The notes below the pieces were generated by a model. The model had not been told where the DNA came from, searched no databases, and saw only the letters and a program-made list of their open reading frames with translations. A stretch of DNA of 56,517 nt from an uncultured delta proteobacterium (lineage in GTDB: Bacteria > Desulfobacterota > Zymogenia > Zymogenales > Zymogenaceae), in contig CAWBYW010000012.1 of NCBI GenBank assembly GCA_963792965.1, positions 1-56,517 on the forward strand. The letters run 5' to 3'. A program made the position numbers and the translations under genes. This document shows positions 11,483 to 23,774 of the stretch, piece after piece (positions within the stretch are counted from its first letter, which is position 1; each line of letters begins with the position of its first letter).

Positions 11483-11927
11483 GAAATCGCTCTTTGAAAA
11501 CAGTTATACGGTGGCCGGCGGAAACTTCGAGGAGGCCGGCAAGGTCTCAAGCCGCATCAAGTCGATACTGAAGAAGATGTGCCTTCCCCCGGACGTGGTG
11601 CGGAAGGCCGCGGTGATTACCTACGAGGCTGAGATGAACCTGGTCTGCTACGCCCGGCGGGGAAACATCATCCTTTCCGTCGATGACAAGCATGTCGTCA
11701 TCGAAGTCGTCGATGAGGGCCAGGGTATCCCCGATATCGGGTTGGCCATGCAGACGGGCTATTCGACCGCGACCGCCAAGATCCGGGAGATGGGCTTCGG
11801 GGCCGGCATGGGGCTGGCCAACATCGACCGGTTCGCCGATAATTTTGACATTACGTCCGAGGTTGGCAAGGGGACACGCCTGGTGATGACCGTCAATATT
11901 GACACTGACGACAGCCGTAAGGAGTGA
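11469..11927 (+). CDS. RsbT/RsbW-like Ser/Thr kinase (anti-sigma regulatory factor)
   Basis: YEAEMNLV, DEGQGIPDI...GYSTA...EMGFGAGMGLANI, SEVGKGT (HATPase_c). Confidence 0.85.
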   Translation: MRAGKKSLFENSYTVAGGNFEEAGKVSSRIKSILKKMCLPPDVVRKAAVITYEAEMNLVCYARRGNIILSVDDKHVVIEVVDEGQGIPDIGLAMQTGYSTATAKIREMGFGAGMGLANIDRFADNFDITSEVGKGTRLVMTVNIDTDDSRKE

Positions 11928-11939
11928 GGAAACAACCCG

Positions 11940-12284
11940 GTGAATCTGGAGTCGATCGTCAAGACATTGAACCTGAAGGTCAGGTCCGGGACTGATAAGC
12001 TCGAGACCGAGGTGAAGGGCGGGTATGTCGGCGATCTGTTGTCCGATGTCATCGCCAACAGCAAGGAGGGGGATATCTGGATCACCCGCCAGGTCCACCA
12101 AAATATCGTCGCGGTGGCGACCCTCAAGGAGCTGGCCGCTATCGTCCTGGTTTCCGGATGCGAGCCGGCCCAGGACACTCAGCAGAAGGCGTCGGCTGAG
12201 GGCGTCCCGATCCTGGTCTCAAGCCTCCCCGCTTTCGAGACCGCGGGCAGGATTTACCGGCTTATCGCGGGGGCCAACGACTGA
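11940..12284 (+). CDS. DRTGG / HPr-kinase N-terminal-like protein
   Basis: GGYVGDLLSDVIA...IWITRQVHQNIVAVA. Confidence 0.8.
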   Translation: MNLESIVKTLNLKVRSGTDKLETEVKGGYVGDLLSDVIANSKEGDIWITRQVHQNIVAVATLKELAAIVLVSGCEPAQDTQQKASAEGVPILVSSLPAFETAGRIYRLIAGAND

Positions 12285-12420
12285 ACGGGGCCGAGCCTCC
12301 CTGTCGTCGTCCGCGGGGTAAAGGGACCCGGACGGGCGGAGGGACCGCAGGGTCGGATGCTCGCCCGGGACCGTGCGGGCCACGCGAGCTCAGGGTTTGG
12401 CGCCGCCGGTGGTGAGGATG

Positions 12421-13155
12421 ATGAGGGAGTATCGCTGTGATCTCCACATCCACACGTGTCTCTCTCCCTGTGCCGATCTCGACATGCACCCGAGGTCGCT
12501 CGTCGAGCGGGCGGTGGCGCGGGGACTTGATATCATCGCCGTTTGCGATCATAACGCCTCCGAGAACGTCGGCTACGTGATCAGCGCGGCCAAGGGGAAG
12601 GCGCTCACGGTCGTCCCGGGGATGGAGATCACAAGCCAGGAGGAGGTCCACGTGGTGGCGCTCTTCGAGAAGATCGAGGACCTCGAAAAGATTCAGGACG
12701 TTGTCTATGATCAGCTTCCGGGTCAAAACAACGAGAAGCTCTTTGGCACGCAGGCGATCGTAAATGAAAATGGTGAGGTCGAGGGGTTCAACGAGCGGCT
12801 CCTCATCGGGGCGACCCGGATTCCGCTTTCCGACATAGTTGAGCGGATACATGAATTCGGCGGGCTCGCCATCGCCTCCCACATCGATCGGGGAAGCTTC
12901 TCGGTCCTCAGCCAGCTCGGCTTCATCGAGAGCGAGAGCGGCTTTGACGCCCTGGAAATTTCCCGGGCGCTCGGAATTGCCGGAGGCCGGCTCACGTATC
13001 CGGAGCTTTCCGGTTACCCCTTCGTAACTTCGTCGGACGCCCACTTCATCGACGACATCGGGACGGGGGTGACCCGGATGTATCTCGCCGGGACGACGAT
13101 CGACGAGGTGAAAATGGCCTGTGAGGGACGGAACGGACGGTTTATTTGCGGGTAG
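12421..13155 (+). CDS. PHP-domain metallophosphoesterase
   Basis: DLHIHTCLSPC, CDHN, GMEI, SHIDR, SSDAH. Confidence 0.9.
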   Translation: MREYRCDLHIHTCLSPCADLDMHPRSLVERAVARGLDIIAVCDHNASENVGYVISAAKGKALTVVPGMEITSQEEVHVVALFEKIEDLEKIQDVVYDQLPGQNNEKLFGTQAIVNENGEVEGFNERLLIGATRIPLSDIVERIHEFGGLAIASHIDRGSFSVLSQLGFIESESGFDALEISRALGIAGGRLTYPELSGYPFVTSSDAHFIDDIGTGVTRMYLAGTTIDEVKMACEGRNGRFICG

Positions 13156-13158
13156 GAG

Positions 13159-13707
13159 ATGCTGGAGCTGTCCCTGCACATGCTGGACATCGCCGAGAAC
13201 TCCGTCAGGGCGGGTGCCCGGACGGTCACGATAGCGGTCCGTGAGGAGAGAAAGAAAGACCTGTTGTCCCTGGAGATACAGGATGACGGGACGGGAATGA
13301 GCACGGGGGCGCTCGAGAAGGCGCTGGACCCGTTCTATACGACCAAGAAGGTGAGGAGGGTCGGGCTGGGCCTACCGATGCTGAAGGAGGCGGCCGAGCG
13401 GACGGGTGGGAGTCTCGCGATCGAGTCGAGAGAGGGCACGGGCACACGGGTCCTCGTGACGTTCGGGCTTTCGCACATCGACCGGCAGCCCCTCGGCGAC
13501 GTGGGGCTGACCATGGTTACCCTGATCGCGGGAAGCCCCGAGGTCGATTTCGTCTATATCCACGAAAGAAACGGTTGCGAGTACCGCCTTGACACACGGG
13601 ATATCAGACGAGACCTCGGGGATGTTCCGATTCATCACGTGGAGGTACTGGCGCTGATACGCAGAAATGTCCGTGAAGGACTGGAAGAAATTGAGGCATC
13701 TATATAA
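13159..13707 (+). CDS. Stand-alone HATPase_c (histidine-kinase-like) protein
   Basis: ELSLHMLDIAENS, DDGTGM, DPFYTTK..RRVGLGLP, HIDRQPLGD. Confidence 0.85.
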   Translation: MLELSLHMLDIAENSVRAGARTVTIAVREERKKDLLSLEIQDDGTGMSTGALEKALDPFYTTKKVRRVGLGLPMLKEAAERTGGSLAIESREGTGTRVLVTFGLSHIDRQPLGDVGLTMVTLIAGSPEVDFVYIHERNGCEYRLDTRDIRRDLGDVPIHHVEVLALIRRNVREGLEEIEASI

Positions 13708-13737
13708 AACGGTGGCTTGATAAAAAGGAGAGTTTTC

Positions 13738-14238
13738 ATGAAGAAGAAGGGCCAAGAGATCGACATAGCCAAGGAATTCACCGCGGAGCAAATGGGAAAG
13801 GTCGGCGAGATCATCGCGCGCCACAAAGGCAAGCCGGGCGGACTCATCCCCGTCCTTGAAGAGGCACAGGGAGTGCTTGGATTCCTCCCGATCCCCATCC
13901 AGGAGGTCATCGCCGAGGGTCTGGGACTTCCCAAGGCCCAGGTTTTCGGAGTTGTGACCTTCTACTCGTTCTTTACCATGGTTCCCCGGGGGAAACACAC
14001 CTGCCGCGTCTGCCTCGGCACGGCCTGTTACGTGCGCGGAGGGAGGGCGATCGCCGAGACACTCAGGCACAACCTCGGGATCAGCGAGGGCGAGACGACC
14101 ACGGATCGCCTCTTCTCGCTGGAGTCGGTCCGGTGCCTCGGCGCCTGTGGACTGGGGCCGGTGGTTGTGGTCGACGATGAGGTCCACGGCAGAATGAAGC
14201 CGGCGAAGGTCGCCGAGGTGCTCAGTCACTACAAATAA
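13738..14238 (+). CDS. NuoE/HydC-like [2Fe-2S] subunit
   Basis: GVVTFYSFF, VCLGTACYVRG, RCLGACGLGPV. Confidence 0.92.
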   Translation: MKKKGQEIDIAKEFTAEQMGKVGEIIARHKGKPGGLIPVLEEAQGVLGFLPIPIQEVIAEGLGLPKAQVFGVVTFYSFFTMVPRGKHTCRVCLGTACYVRGGRAIAETLRHNLGISEGETTTDRLFSLESVRCLGACGLGPVVVVDDEVHGRMKPAKVAEVLSHYK

Positions 14239-14264
14239 AAAAAACTATATAAAAGGACAGTGCG

Positions 14265-14648
14265 ATGGCTAAGCTGACGATAGACGATCTCAAGAAGATC
14301 AAGGATAAAGTCCACTCGGAGACCTCGCTCCGCGAAGGGGCGCGTCGGGTGAAGGTGACGGTCCACATGGGAACCTGCGGGATTGCCTCAGGCGCCCGGG
14401 AAGTCCTGGACGCGCTCATGAACGTGATTGCTGAGGAGGGTGTCTCCGACGTCATGGTGACAACCTCGGGCTGCATGGGGCTGTGCAGCAGGGAGCCCCT
14501 CGTGACCGTGGAGATCATCGGGAAAGAACCGATCAAGTACGAATATATGAACCCCAACAAGATGAGACAGGTCTTCAAGAGACACATCGTGAAGGGAGAG
14601 GTGCAAACCCCGTTCGTCCTGGCCAGGGGCGCGGAAATAGTAAAATAA
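14265..14648 (+). CDS. Thioredoxin-like [2Fe-2S] ferredoxin (HydD/HndB-like)
   Basis: VHMGTCGIASGAR, SGCMGLCSREP. Confidence 0.88.
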   Translation: MAKLTIDDLKKIKDKVHSETSLREGARRVKVTVHMGTCGIASGAREVLDALMNVIAEEGVSDVMVTTSGCMGLCSREPLVTVEIIGKEPIKYEYMNPNKMRQVFKRHIVKGEVQTPFVLARGAEIVK

Positions 14649-14711
14649 CAAAGCTCTCCGGCGCACCACTTCAAAGGTGTGATGCGTCCGGCATGAGGAG
14701 GAAGATTACCC

Positions 14712-17761
<3,050 letters not shown>

Positions 17762-17780
17762 CGCGCCATAAAGGAAGACG

Positions 17781-18050
17781 ATGAAGCTTACGATAGACGG
17801 AAAGGAGCTACAGGGCCGGGCCGGTCAGACGATCGACGAGGTCGTCGTCACCTCGCGCCGAGGTCACGTGGAGCTCAAGGCATGGGTAACCGACCGGGTT
17901 GAGGACGGAACGCTCTTTATGCCGTTCCACTTTGCGGAGGCGTCCGCCAATGTCCTGACGAACAATGCCCTGGATCCGATCGGGAAAATTCCCGAGTACA
18001 AGGTCTGCGCCGTCAAGATAGAGAAGAGGAGTAAGCGGGCGGCCGGGTAG
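17781..18050 (+). pseudogene. fdhA: Formate dehydrogenase alpha (FdhA/FdhF) remnant: first 18 codons fused in frame to the C-terminal ~70 codons
   Basis: MKLTIDGKELQGRAGQTI (start of the [2Fe-2S] domain) joined to DEVVVTSRRG...FMPFHFAEASANVLTNNALDPIGKIPEYKVCAV (end of the molybdopterin dinucleotide-binding domain). Confidence 0.85.
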
Positions 18051-18100
18051 TCGGCTCCAGGGAAGTGACGAGCGAATAAGAATAGACGTAAAGCAACCGA

Positions 18101-18138
18101 GAAGGAGGGACCTTCGTGCAAAGAGGGTTCCTCTTTTC
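18101..18138 (+). terminator. Intrinsic terminator of the redox operon
   Basis: GAAGGAGGGACCTTC / GAGGGTTCCTCTTTTC hairpin ending in a T-run. Confidence 0.55.
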
Positions 18139-18301
18139 TACTGGGGTCGGTCCGCTAAAATATCGCTGGACAGAGTCTGATTTTAATGATAAAAATGATA
18201 TACGCTCCGAAAAGATGCCGGGTACGTAAGAGGGGATAGAGTCGGGTCATATATCGTGTATGTGCACGTCATAGGCAGGTTACGGAATACAGTTGAGCGG
18301 C

Positions 18302-18508
18302 ATGACGAAGAACAGCATTAATATTCAGGATCAGTTCCTCAATCAGGTCAGGAAGGATAAGTCCTCGATCGTCATTCACCTCCTCGATGGACGGGAAGTG
18401 GTCGGCATGGTCAGGAGTTTCGACAACTTCTGTCTCTTAATCGATGCCGACAAACCGTACCTGATCTATAAACATGCGGTCTCGGATATTTCCATAAGGA
18501 TCGGATGA
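18302..18508 (+). CDS. hfq: RNA chaperone Hfq
   Basis: NIQDQFLNQVRK...SFDNF...LIYKHAVS Sm1/Sm2 motifs. Confidence 0.92.
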   Translation: MTKNSINIQDQFLNQVRKDKSSIVIHLLDGREVVGMVRSFDNFCLLIDADKPYLIYKHAVSDISIRIG

Positions 18509-19083
18509 AGCGACACCTCTCGTTCATAGCGCTCATCCTCTCATTGTATGTGTCCGGTTGCGCCCACCGAATCGATGTGCAGCACTACCCGTTCGGCTCG
18601 CCCATACACCATGCCAATAACGGCGTCGAATTCATCGACATGGGGCTCCCCGAGGACGCGATGAGGGAGTTCAAGACGGCCCTCGCCGAAAACCCCTATT
18701 TTTCACCGGCGCTCGCCGGCAAGGGGATCTACTGGGCACTTGAAGATGTCCCGGACGTCGCCAACGGGTACATCGCGCTGGCCAAGCGATACGCGTCCAC
18801 GCCGGACGAAAAAAGCTTCGCCCTCGTGATGTCGATGCGGGTGTCGTTGATCCTCGGCGGGGACGGATGGCTTGAGCGGGTCTCACGAGACTTTGACGAG
18901 ATCGCGGCCGTCAATCCCAATAATGACGAGGCTCTCTACTGGATGGGGGTCTCGCTCATCAAGGGGGGGGATATGAAGGGGGCCCAGGAGAAATTAAAGA
19001 GGGTGGTGGAGCTTGAGGGGAGGCACAAACGAGACGCCGAGCGCGAGCTCAGGAAGATGGAATTAAATAACACAAAGCCGTGA
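18505..19083 (+). CDS. TPR-repeat lipoprotein
   Basis: Signal peptide with VSGC lipobox; TPR-like helices (A..EFKTAL..NP, EALYWMG). Confidence 0.65.
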   Translation: MKRHLSFIALILSLYVSGCAHRIDVQHYPFGSPIHHANNGVEFIDMGLPEDAMREFKTALAENPYFSPALAGKGIYWALEDVPDVANGYIALAKRYASTPDEKSFALVMSMRVSLILGGDGWLERVSRDFDEIAAVNPNNDEALYWMGVSLIKGGDMKGAQEKLKRVVELEGRHKRDAERELRKMELNNTKP

Positions 19084-19099
19084 CGGGGATAAAATTTAC

Positions 19100-19128
19100 T
19101 TGACATTTATGAGAGAAATTGCTATTAA
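19100..19128 (+). promoter_or_regulatory. Sigma70 promoter of tRNA-Val
   Basis: TTGACA-17 nt-TATTAA just upstream of the tRNA. Confidence 0.6.
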
Positions 19129-19140
19129 TTCTAAGAATTT

Positions 19141-19215
19141 AGGCACGTAGCTCAGTGGTAGAGCGCTATCCTGACGCGGTAGATGTCGGCGGTTCAATCC
19201 CGCCCGTGCCTACCA
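19141..19215 (+). tRNA. tRNA-Val(GAC)
   Basis: Acceptor AGGCACG/CGTGCCT, D-arm TAGCTCAGTGGTAGAGC, anticodon loop CT-GAC-GC, GGTTCAATCC T-arm, encoded CCA. Confidence 0.95.
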
Positions 19216-19277
19216 TGGAAATTTACCTACTCACAACCTGCGCGGGACAGAGAGAGATCGAAACATTTTGAGCACAT

Positions 19278-19316
19278 AAAAGGGCATCAATGACATCGGT
19301 TTCTTGATGCCTTTTT
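19278..19316 (+). terminator. Terminator-like hairpin between tRNA-Val and thrS
   Basis: GGCATCAA...TTGATGCC followed by TTTTT. Confidence 0.5.
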
Positions 19317-19326
19317 GCTTTTAGCC

Positions 19327-21234
19327 ATGGGTACTATAACGATACAGAGCAGGGGATATAAGACGCCCCTTCCGAAGGAAGGAATGGCGATCAGTGATCT
19401 TGTGCCCAAGGAACTGAGGGGTAAAGTGATTGCCGCGACGGTCGACGGCACGGCCGTTGACCTGTCCGAGAAGGTTCCGCCAAGCGGCGAGATCGGCTTT
19501 GTCACCATCGACAGCCCAGAGGGGGAACAGATCCTCCGGCACAGCACGTCTCACATCATGGCCGAGGCGGTGAGAGCTCTTTTCCCCGGCGTGAAGGTGG
19601 CCATCGGCCCCGCCGTCGAGAACGGGTTCTATTATGATTTCGATGCGCCGAAAACATTTGAGCCCGAAGATCTCGATAAGATAGAGAAGGAGATGGCACG
19701 GATAATCAAGGCCGATCGTCCTTTTGTCAGGAAGGTCGTCCCGGTCAAAGAAGCCGTCGAGTTCTTCAGAAAAAAAGGTGAGACGTATAAGCTCGAGCTC
19801 CTTGACGGCATTCAGGACGATTCGGTCTCGCTCTACGCGCAGGGTGATTTTACCGATCTTTGCCGGGGACCGCACGTCCCGTCGACCGGGTTTGTCGCAG
19901 CCTATAAGCTGACCTCGATCGCGGGCGCGTATTGGCGCGGCGACGAAAAGAACAAGATGCTGCAGCGGATATACGGCACCGCTTTCGAAAGCTCGGAGTC
20001 GCTCGACCGATACCTCACGCTGCAGGAGGAGGCCAAGCGTCGTGACCATCGAAAGCTCGGGGTTGCCCTTGACCTCTTTCAATTCAATGACGACGCCGGC
20101 GCGGGGCTCCCGATCTACCACCCCAAGGGTGCGATGCTCAGGCTCATCATCGAAGACTTTGTGAAGCGGGAACACCTCAAGCGCGGCTACGACATCGTCA
20201 TGGGGCCGATGATCCTCAAGCAGGAGCTGTGGGAACGATCGGGACACTTCGACAACTACCGGGAGAACATGTACTTCACCGAGGTGGAGGGACAGCGCTA
20301 CGGCATCAAGCCGATGAATTGCCTGGCGCATATGCTCATCTATAAGTCGCGCCTGCGCAGCTACCGGGACCTCCCGCTCAGGTATTTCGAGCTCGGCACG
20401 GTACATCGCCACGAGAAGTCGGGAGTCCTGCACGGCATGCTCAGGGCCCGCGCGTTTACCCAGGACGACGCCCACATCATCTGCACGCCCGACCAGCTCA
20501 TCGACGAGATCGTCGGCGTGATGGACTTCGTGGCCTATACGATGGGGATCTTCGGGTTTCCCTACACGATGGAGCTCTCGACGCGGCCTGACAAATCCAT
20601 CGGATCCGACGAGGACTGGGAGCGGGCGACAAAGGCCCTCACATACGCGCTGGAGAAACAGGGGAAAGAATTTGCCGTCAACGAGGGTGACGGTGCATTC
20701 TACGGGCCCAAGATAGACTTCAAACTCTCTGACGCCATTGGAAGACAGTGGCAATGCGCGACGATCCAATGTGATTTCACGCTCCCGGAGAGATTCGACC
20801 TTACCTTTATCGACTCCAATGGGGAGAAAAAGCGTCCGGTGATGTTGCATCGGGTGATTCTCGGGTCGGTCGATCGTTTCTTAGGCGTGCTCATCGAACA
20901 TTTCGCGGGCGCCTTCCCGGTTGGGATTTCCCCGATACAGGCGGTCGTATTGACCATCACCGACGCTCACGTTCCCTTTGGGGAAGAGGCGACAAAAGAG
21001 CTCAGATCGGCCGGGGTGCGTATCAAGACCGATTTTCGTAACGAGAAATTGGGGCTCAAGGTGCGGGAGGCGCAGATGGAAAAGATCCCCTACGCCCTCA
21101 TCATCGGGGATAACGAGGTGCGGGAACGGACGATCACGCCGCGGCTGCTTTCCGGCAAAAGCCTCGAGCCGATGAAGATCGATCTCTTTATTGAGCAAAT
21201 TAAGAAAGAAAGTTCCGTCTTTTGGAGGGGGTAA
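19327..21234 (+). CDS. thrS: Threonine--tRNA ligase
   Basis: TGS domain, [49 protein letters not shown]. Confidence 0.98.
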   Translation: MGTITIQSRGYKTPLPKEGMAISDLVPKELRGKVIAATVDGTAVDLSEKVPPSGEIGFVTIDSPEGEQILRHSTSHIMAEAVRALFPGVKVAIGPAVENGFYYDFDAPKTFEPEDLDKIEKEMARIIKADRPFVRKVVPVKEAVEFFRKKGETYKLELLDGIQDDSVSLYAQGDFTDLCRGPHVPSTGFVAAYKLTSIAGAYWRGDEKNKMLQRIYGTAFESSESLDRYLTLQEEAKRRDHRKLGVALDLFQFNDDAGAGLPIYHPKGAMLRLIIEDFVKREHLKRGYDIVMGPMILKQELWERSGHFDNYRENMYFTEVEGQRYGIKPMNCLAHMLIYKSRLRSYRDLPLRYFELGTVHRHEKSGVLHGMLRARAFTQDDAHIICTPDQLIDEIVGVMDFVAYTMGIFGFPYTMELSTRPDKSIGSDEDWERATKALTYALEKQGKEFAVNEGDGAFYGPKIDFKLSDAIGRQWQCATIQCDFTLPERFDLTFIDSNGEKKRPVMLHRVILGSVDRFLGVLIEHFAGAFPVGISPIQAVVLTITDAHVPFGEEATKELRSAGVRIKTDFRNEKLGLKVREAQMEKIPYALIIGDNEVRERTITPRLLSGKSLEPMKIDLFIEQIKKESSVFWRG

Positions 21235-21237
21235 GAA

Positions 21238-21756
21238 ATAAAAGAAAAATCCAAAGACCTCAGAATTAACAGAATGATCAGGACCGAAAAAGTTCGGGTA
21301 ATCGCGCCCGACGGCGCGCAGCTGGGTATTCTCCTCACCGTCGAGGCTTTGAGGAAGGCCGATGATTTTGGCCTCGATCTCGTTGAGGTGGCCCCGACCG
21401 CCGACCCGCCGGTCTGCCGGATAATGGATTACGGCAAATTTAAGTACGAGCAGAGCAAGAAGGCTCACGACGCGCGCAAGAAACAGACCGTCGTGCGGAT
21501 CAAAGAGGTCAAGGTCAGCCCCAAAACACAGGATCACGATGTCCAGAACAAGATCAAGAACATCCGGCGCTTCCTCGAGGGCGGCGACAAAACGAAAGTG
21601 ACGATGATCTTCCGCGGGAGGGAGATCACTTACACCGAGATCGGTAGGGCGATTCTCGACACAATTGTCAAGGGGATCGAGGATATCGGCACGATCGAGC
21701 AGCAGCCGACGCTCGAGGGAAGAAATATGATCATGATCGTCGCCCCGCATAAGTAG
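21238..21756 (+). CDS. infC: Translation initiation factor IF-3, probable ATA start
   Basis: RIN..IR...LDLVEVAP..PPVCRIMDYGKFKYE. The conserved RIN lies upstream of the first ATG (21274); in-frame ATA at 21238 follows GGAGG. Confidence 0.95.
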   Translation: MKEKSKDLRINRMIRTEKVRVIAPDGAQLGILLTVEALRKADDFGLDLVEVAPTADPPVCRIMDYGKFKYEQSKKAHDARKKQTVVRIKEVKVSPKTQDHDVQNKIKNIRRFLEGGDKTKVTMIFRGREITYTEIGRAILDTIVKGIEDIGTIEQQPTLEGRNMIMIVAPHK

Positions 21757-21955
21757 GTGAGGCGCAGATGAGGGAAATGAGATGGGGACGGGGCGACACG
21801 GGGGGATAGAATAGATAGAGGTGCGGCGCCGTTAGAATAGATTGGAAGAGATTGGAATAGATGGACAGGGAGCGGCAAGGGATATGTGGTGCGAGCGGAA
21901 TAGGAGCGCGCTTTTCTTACTAATCAAGACCGATAAGTGACAAAGAGGTGGATAT

Positions 21956-22159
21956 ATGCCCAAGATAAAGACAAACAGGGCCGCGGCCAAACGGTTCAAG
22001 CGGACCGCCACGGGGAAGATCAGACGGAACAAGGCCTTTTCAAACCATATCCTGACCAAGAAGACGACAAAACGCAAGCGGCAGCTCAGGGCGTCGGCTC
22101 TGATTGCGAGAGATAATTTCCGTGAGGTGAAGCGGCTCTTGCCTAATTCAGGCATCTAA
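21956..22159 (+). CDS. rpmI: 50S ribosomal protein L35
   Basis: [22 protein letters not shown]...HILTKKT. Confidence 0.97.
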   Translation: MPKIKTNRAAAKRFKRTATGKIRRNKAFSNHILTKKTTKRKRQLRASALIARDNFREVKRLLPNSGI

Positions 22160-22235
22160 CCGCTCTCCCGCGGCGGTCCCGAAGAATGCCGGGGCCGCTC
22201 TTTTTTGACTTCAGACACATCGGAGGATCGATAGA

Positions 22236-22592
22236 ATGTCAAGAGTTGTAAGAGGAACCAAGGCCAGGAAGCGGCGCAAGAAGGTCCTCAAGGCGGCAAA
22301 AGGGTATGTCGGCGGACGCTCGCGCGGCTTTCGGGCGGCAAAGGAGACCGTTGAGCGCGCCCTTATGTATGCCTACCGGGACCGAAGGACCCGAAAACGT
22401 GATATGAGAAGCCTCTGGATCGTGCGGATAAACGCCGCCGTCAGAGAGAACGACATGTCCTACAGCAAGTTCGTGGACGGCCTGACGAAGGCGGGGGTCC
22501 AGATCGACCGGAAGGTCCTGGCGGACCTCGCCGTCCGTGATCCCGGGGGCTTCACAAAACTCGTTGATCTGGCCAAGAAGAGCCTGCAGTGA
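22236..22592 (+). CDS. rplT: 50S ribosomal protein L20
   Basis: KAAKGY.G...[20 protein letters not shown]. Confidence 0.97.
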   Translation: MSRVVRGTKARKRRKKVLKAAKGYVGGRSRGFRAAKETVERALMYAYRDRRTRKRDMRSLWIVRINAAVRENDMSYSKFVDGLTKAGVQIDRKVLADLAVRDPGGFTKLVDLAKKSLQ

Positions 22593-22593
22593 C

Positions 22594-23604
22594 ATGCTGG
22601 ATAGAATAAAATCGTTGGAGTCTTCGGCGACTTCGCTCATCAAGGCGGCGCGAGACCTTCCCACACTTGAGGCGCTCAGGGTAAAATACCTCGGCAGGAA
22701 AGGGGAGCTCACCACCATCCTCCGCGACATGGGGGGACTGCCCGCCGAAGAGCGTCCGAAGGTCGGCAAGCTCGCCAACGAGGTGAAGAACTCGCTTGAA
22801 CGGTCGATAGATGACGCTATAGTGCTCCTCAAGAAAAAGGGCCTCGAGTCCAAGAGGATCCCGATCGATTATACCCTGCCCGGAAGGAGGGGATACTCGG
22901 GCAGGACTCATCCCATCACCCAGGTGTATCAGCGAATCGTCGATATCTTCCTTTCGATGGGATTCGATCTTGCGGAGGGTCCGGAGATCGAGCTTGACTA
23001 TTACAACTTCGAGGCGCTCAACATGCCCCGGCATCACCCCGCCCGGGATATGCAGGACACCTTCTACATCGACGATGACGTGCTCTTGCGCACCCACACT
23101 TCTCCGGTGCAGATCAGGACGATGGAGAATCAGCGTCCTCCCGTCAAGATCATTGCGCCCGGTAAGGCCTACCGGCCCGATTATGACGTGACACACTCGC
23201 CGATGTTCCACCAGGTCGAGGGGTTAATGGTAGGTGACGACATCAGCATGGCCGATCTCAAGGGGGTGCTTACGGTATTTGTCCACGCCATGTTCGGCAA
23301 GGACATCGGCCTACGCTTCCGGCCGAGCTTCTTCCCTTTTACTGAGCCTTCGGCCGAGGTCGATATCATGTGCGTCATCTGCAAAGGCGCCGGCTGCCGG
23401 GTTTGCTCCCAGACGGGGTGGCTTGAAATACTCGGAAGCGGAATGGTCGACCCGGCGCTCTTCAGCAAGGTCGGCTACGATCCCGAGCAGTATACGGGAT
23501 TTGCCTTCGGCATGGGGATCGAGCGGATCGCCATGCTGAAGTACGGCGTCGATGACATTCGGCTCTTTTTTGAAAACGACCTGAGATTCCTCAATCAGTT
23601 TTAA
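22594..23604 (+). CDS. pheS: Phenylalanine--tRNA ligase alpha subunit
   Basis: [42 protein letters not shown]. Confidence 0.98.
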   Translation: MLDRIKSLESSATSLIKAARDLPTLEALRVKYLGRKGELTTILRDMGGLPAEERPKVGKLANEVKNSLERSIDDAIVLLKKKGLESKRIPIDYTLPGRRGYSGRTHPITQVYQRIVDIFLSMGFDLAEGPEIELDYYNFEALNMPRHHPARDMQDTFYIDDDVLLRTHTSPVQIRTMENQRPPVKIIAPGKAYRPDYDVTHSPMFHQVEGLMVGDDISMADLKGVLTVFVHAMFGKDIGLRFRPSFFPFTEPSAEVDIMCVICKGAGCRVCSQTGWLEILGSGMVDPALFSKVGYDPEQYTGFAFGMGIERIAMLKYGVDDIRLFFENDLRFLNQF

Positions 23605-23774
23605 TATTCCCCTCGACCGGTCGGTCTTTTCTTCTCGGGGCCGGACGGGAGGTGCCTTTCCGTACAATTCATCCGACGGGGCCTCTGCGGCAAGGGGCAG
23701 GTCGCCGTTTCGAGATGCGGGTAGAACTCTCAGCATACGGACGACACACGCGGATAGAGAAAGCTTCTTAACAG

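Noticed and set aside
19172-19178. G37 in tRNA-Val(GAC) as a novel feature
   Set aside because: Single-base observation in error-prone sequence; cannot be judged without homologs.
19216-19326. T-box leader upstream of thrS
   Set aside because: No T-box consensus (GGTGGNACCGCG) and too short; only a terminator-like hairpin.
19321-20850. Long antisense ORFs (also 4660-6021, 9904-11151, 14706-15950, 32385-33560)
   Set aside because: Shadow frames of well-supported genes in GC-rich DNA.
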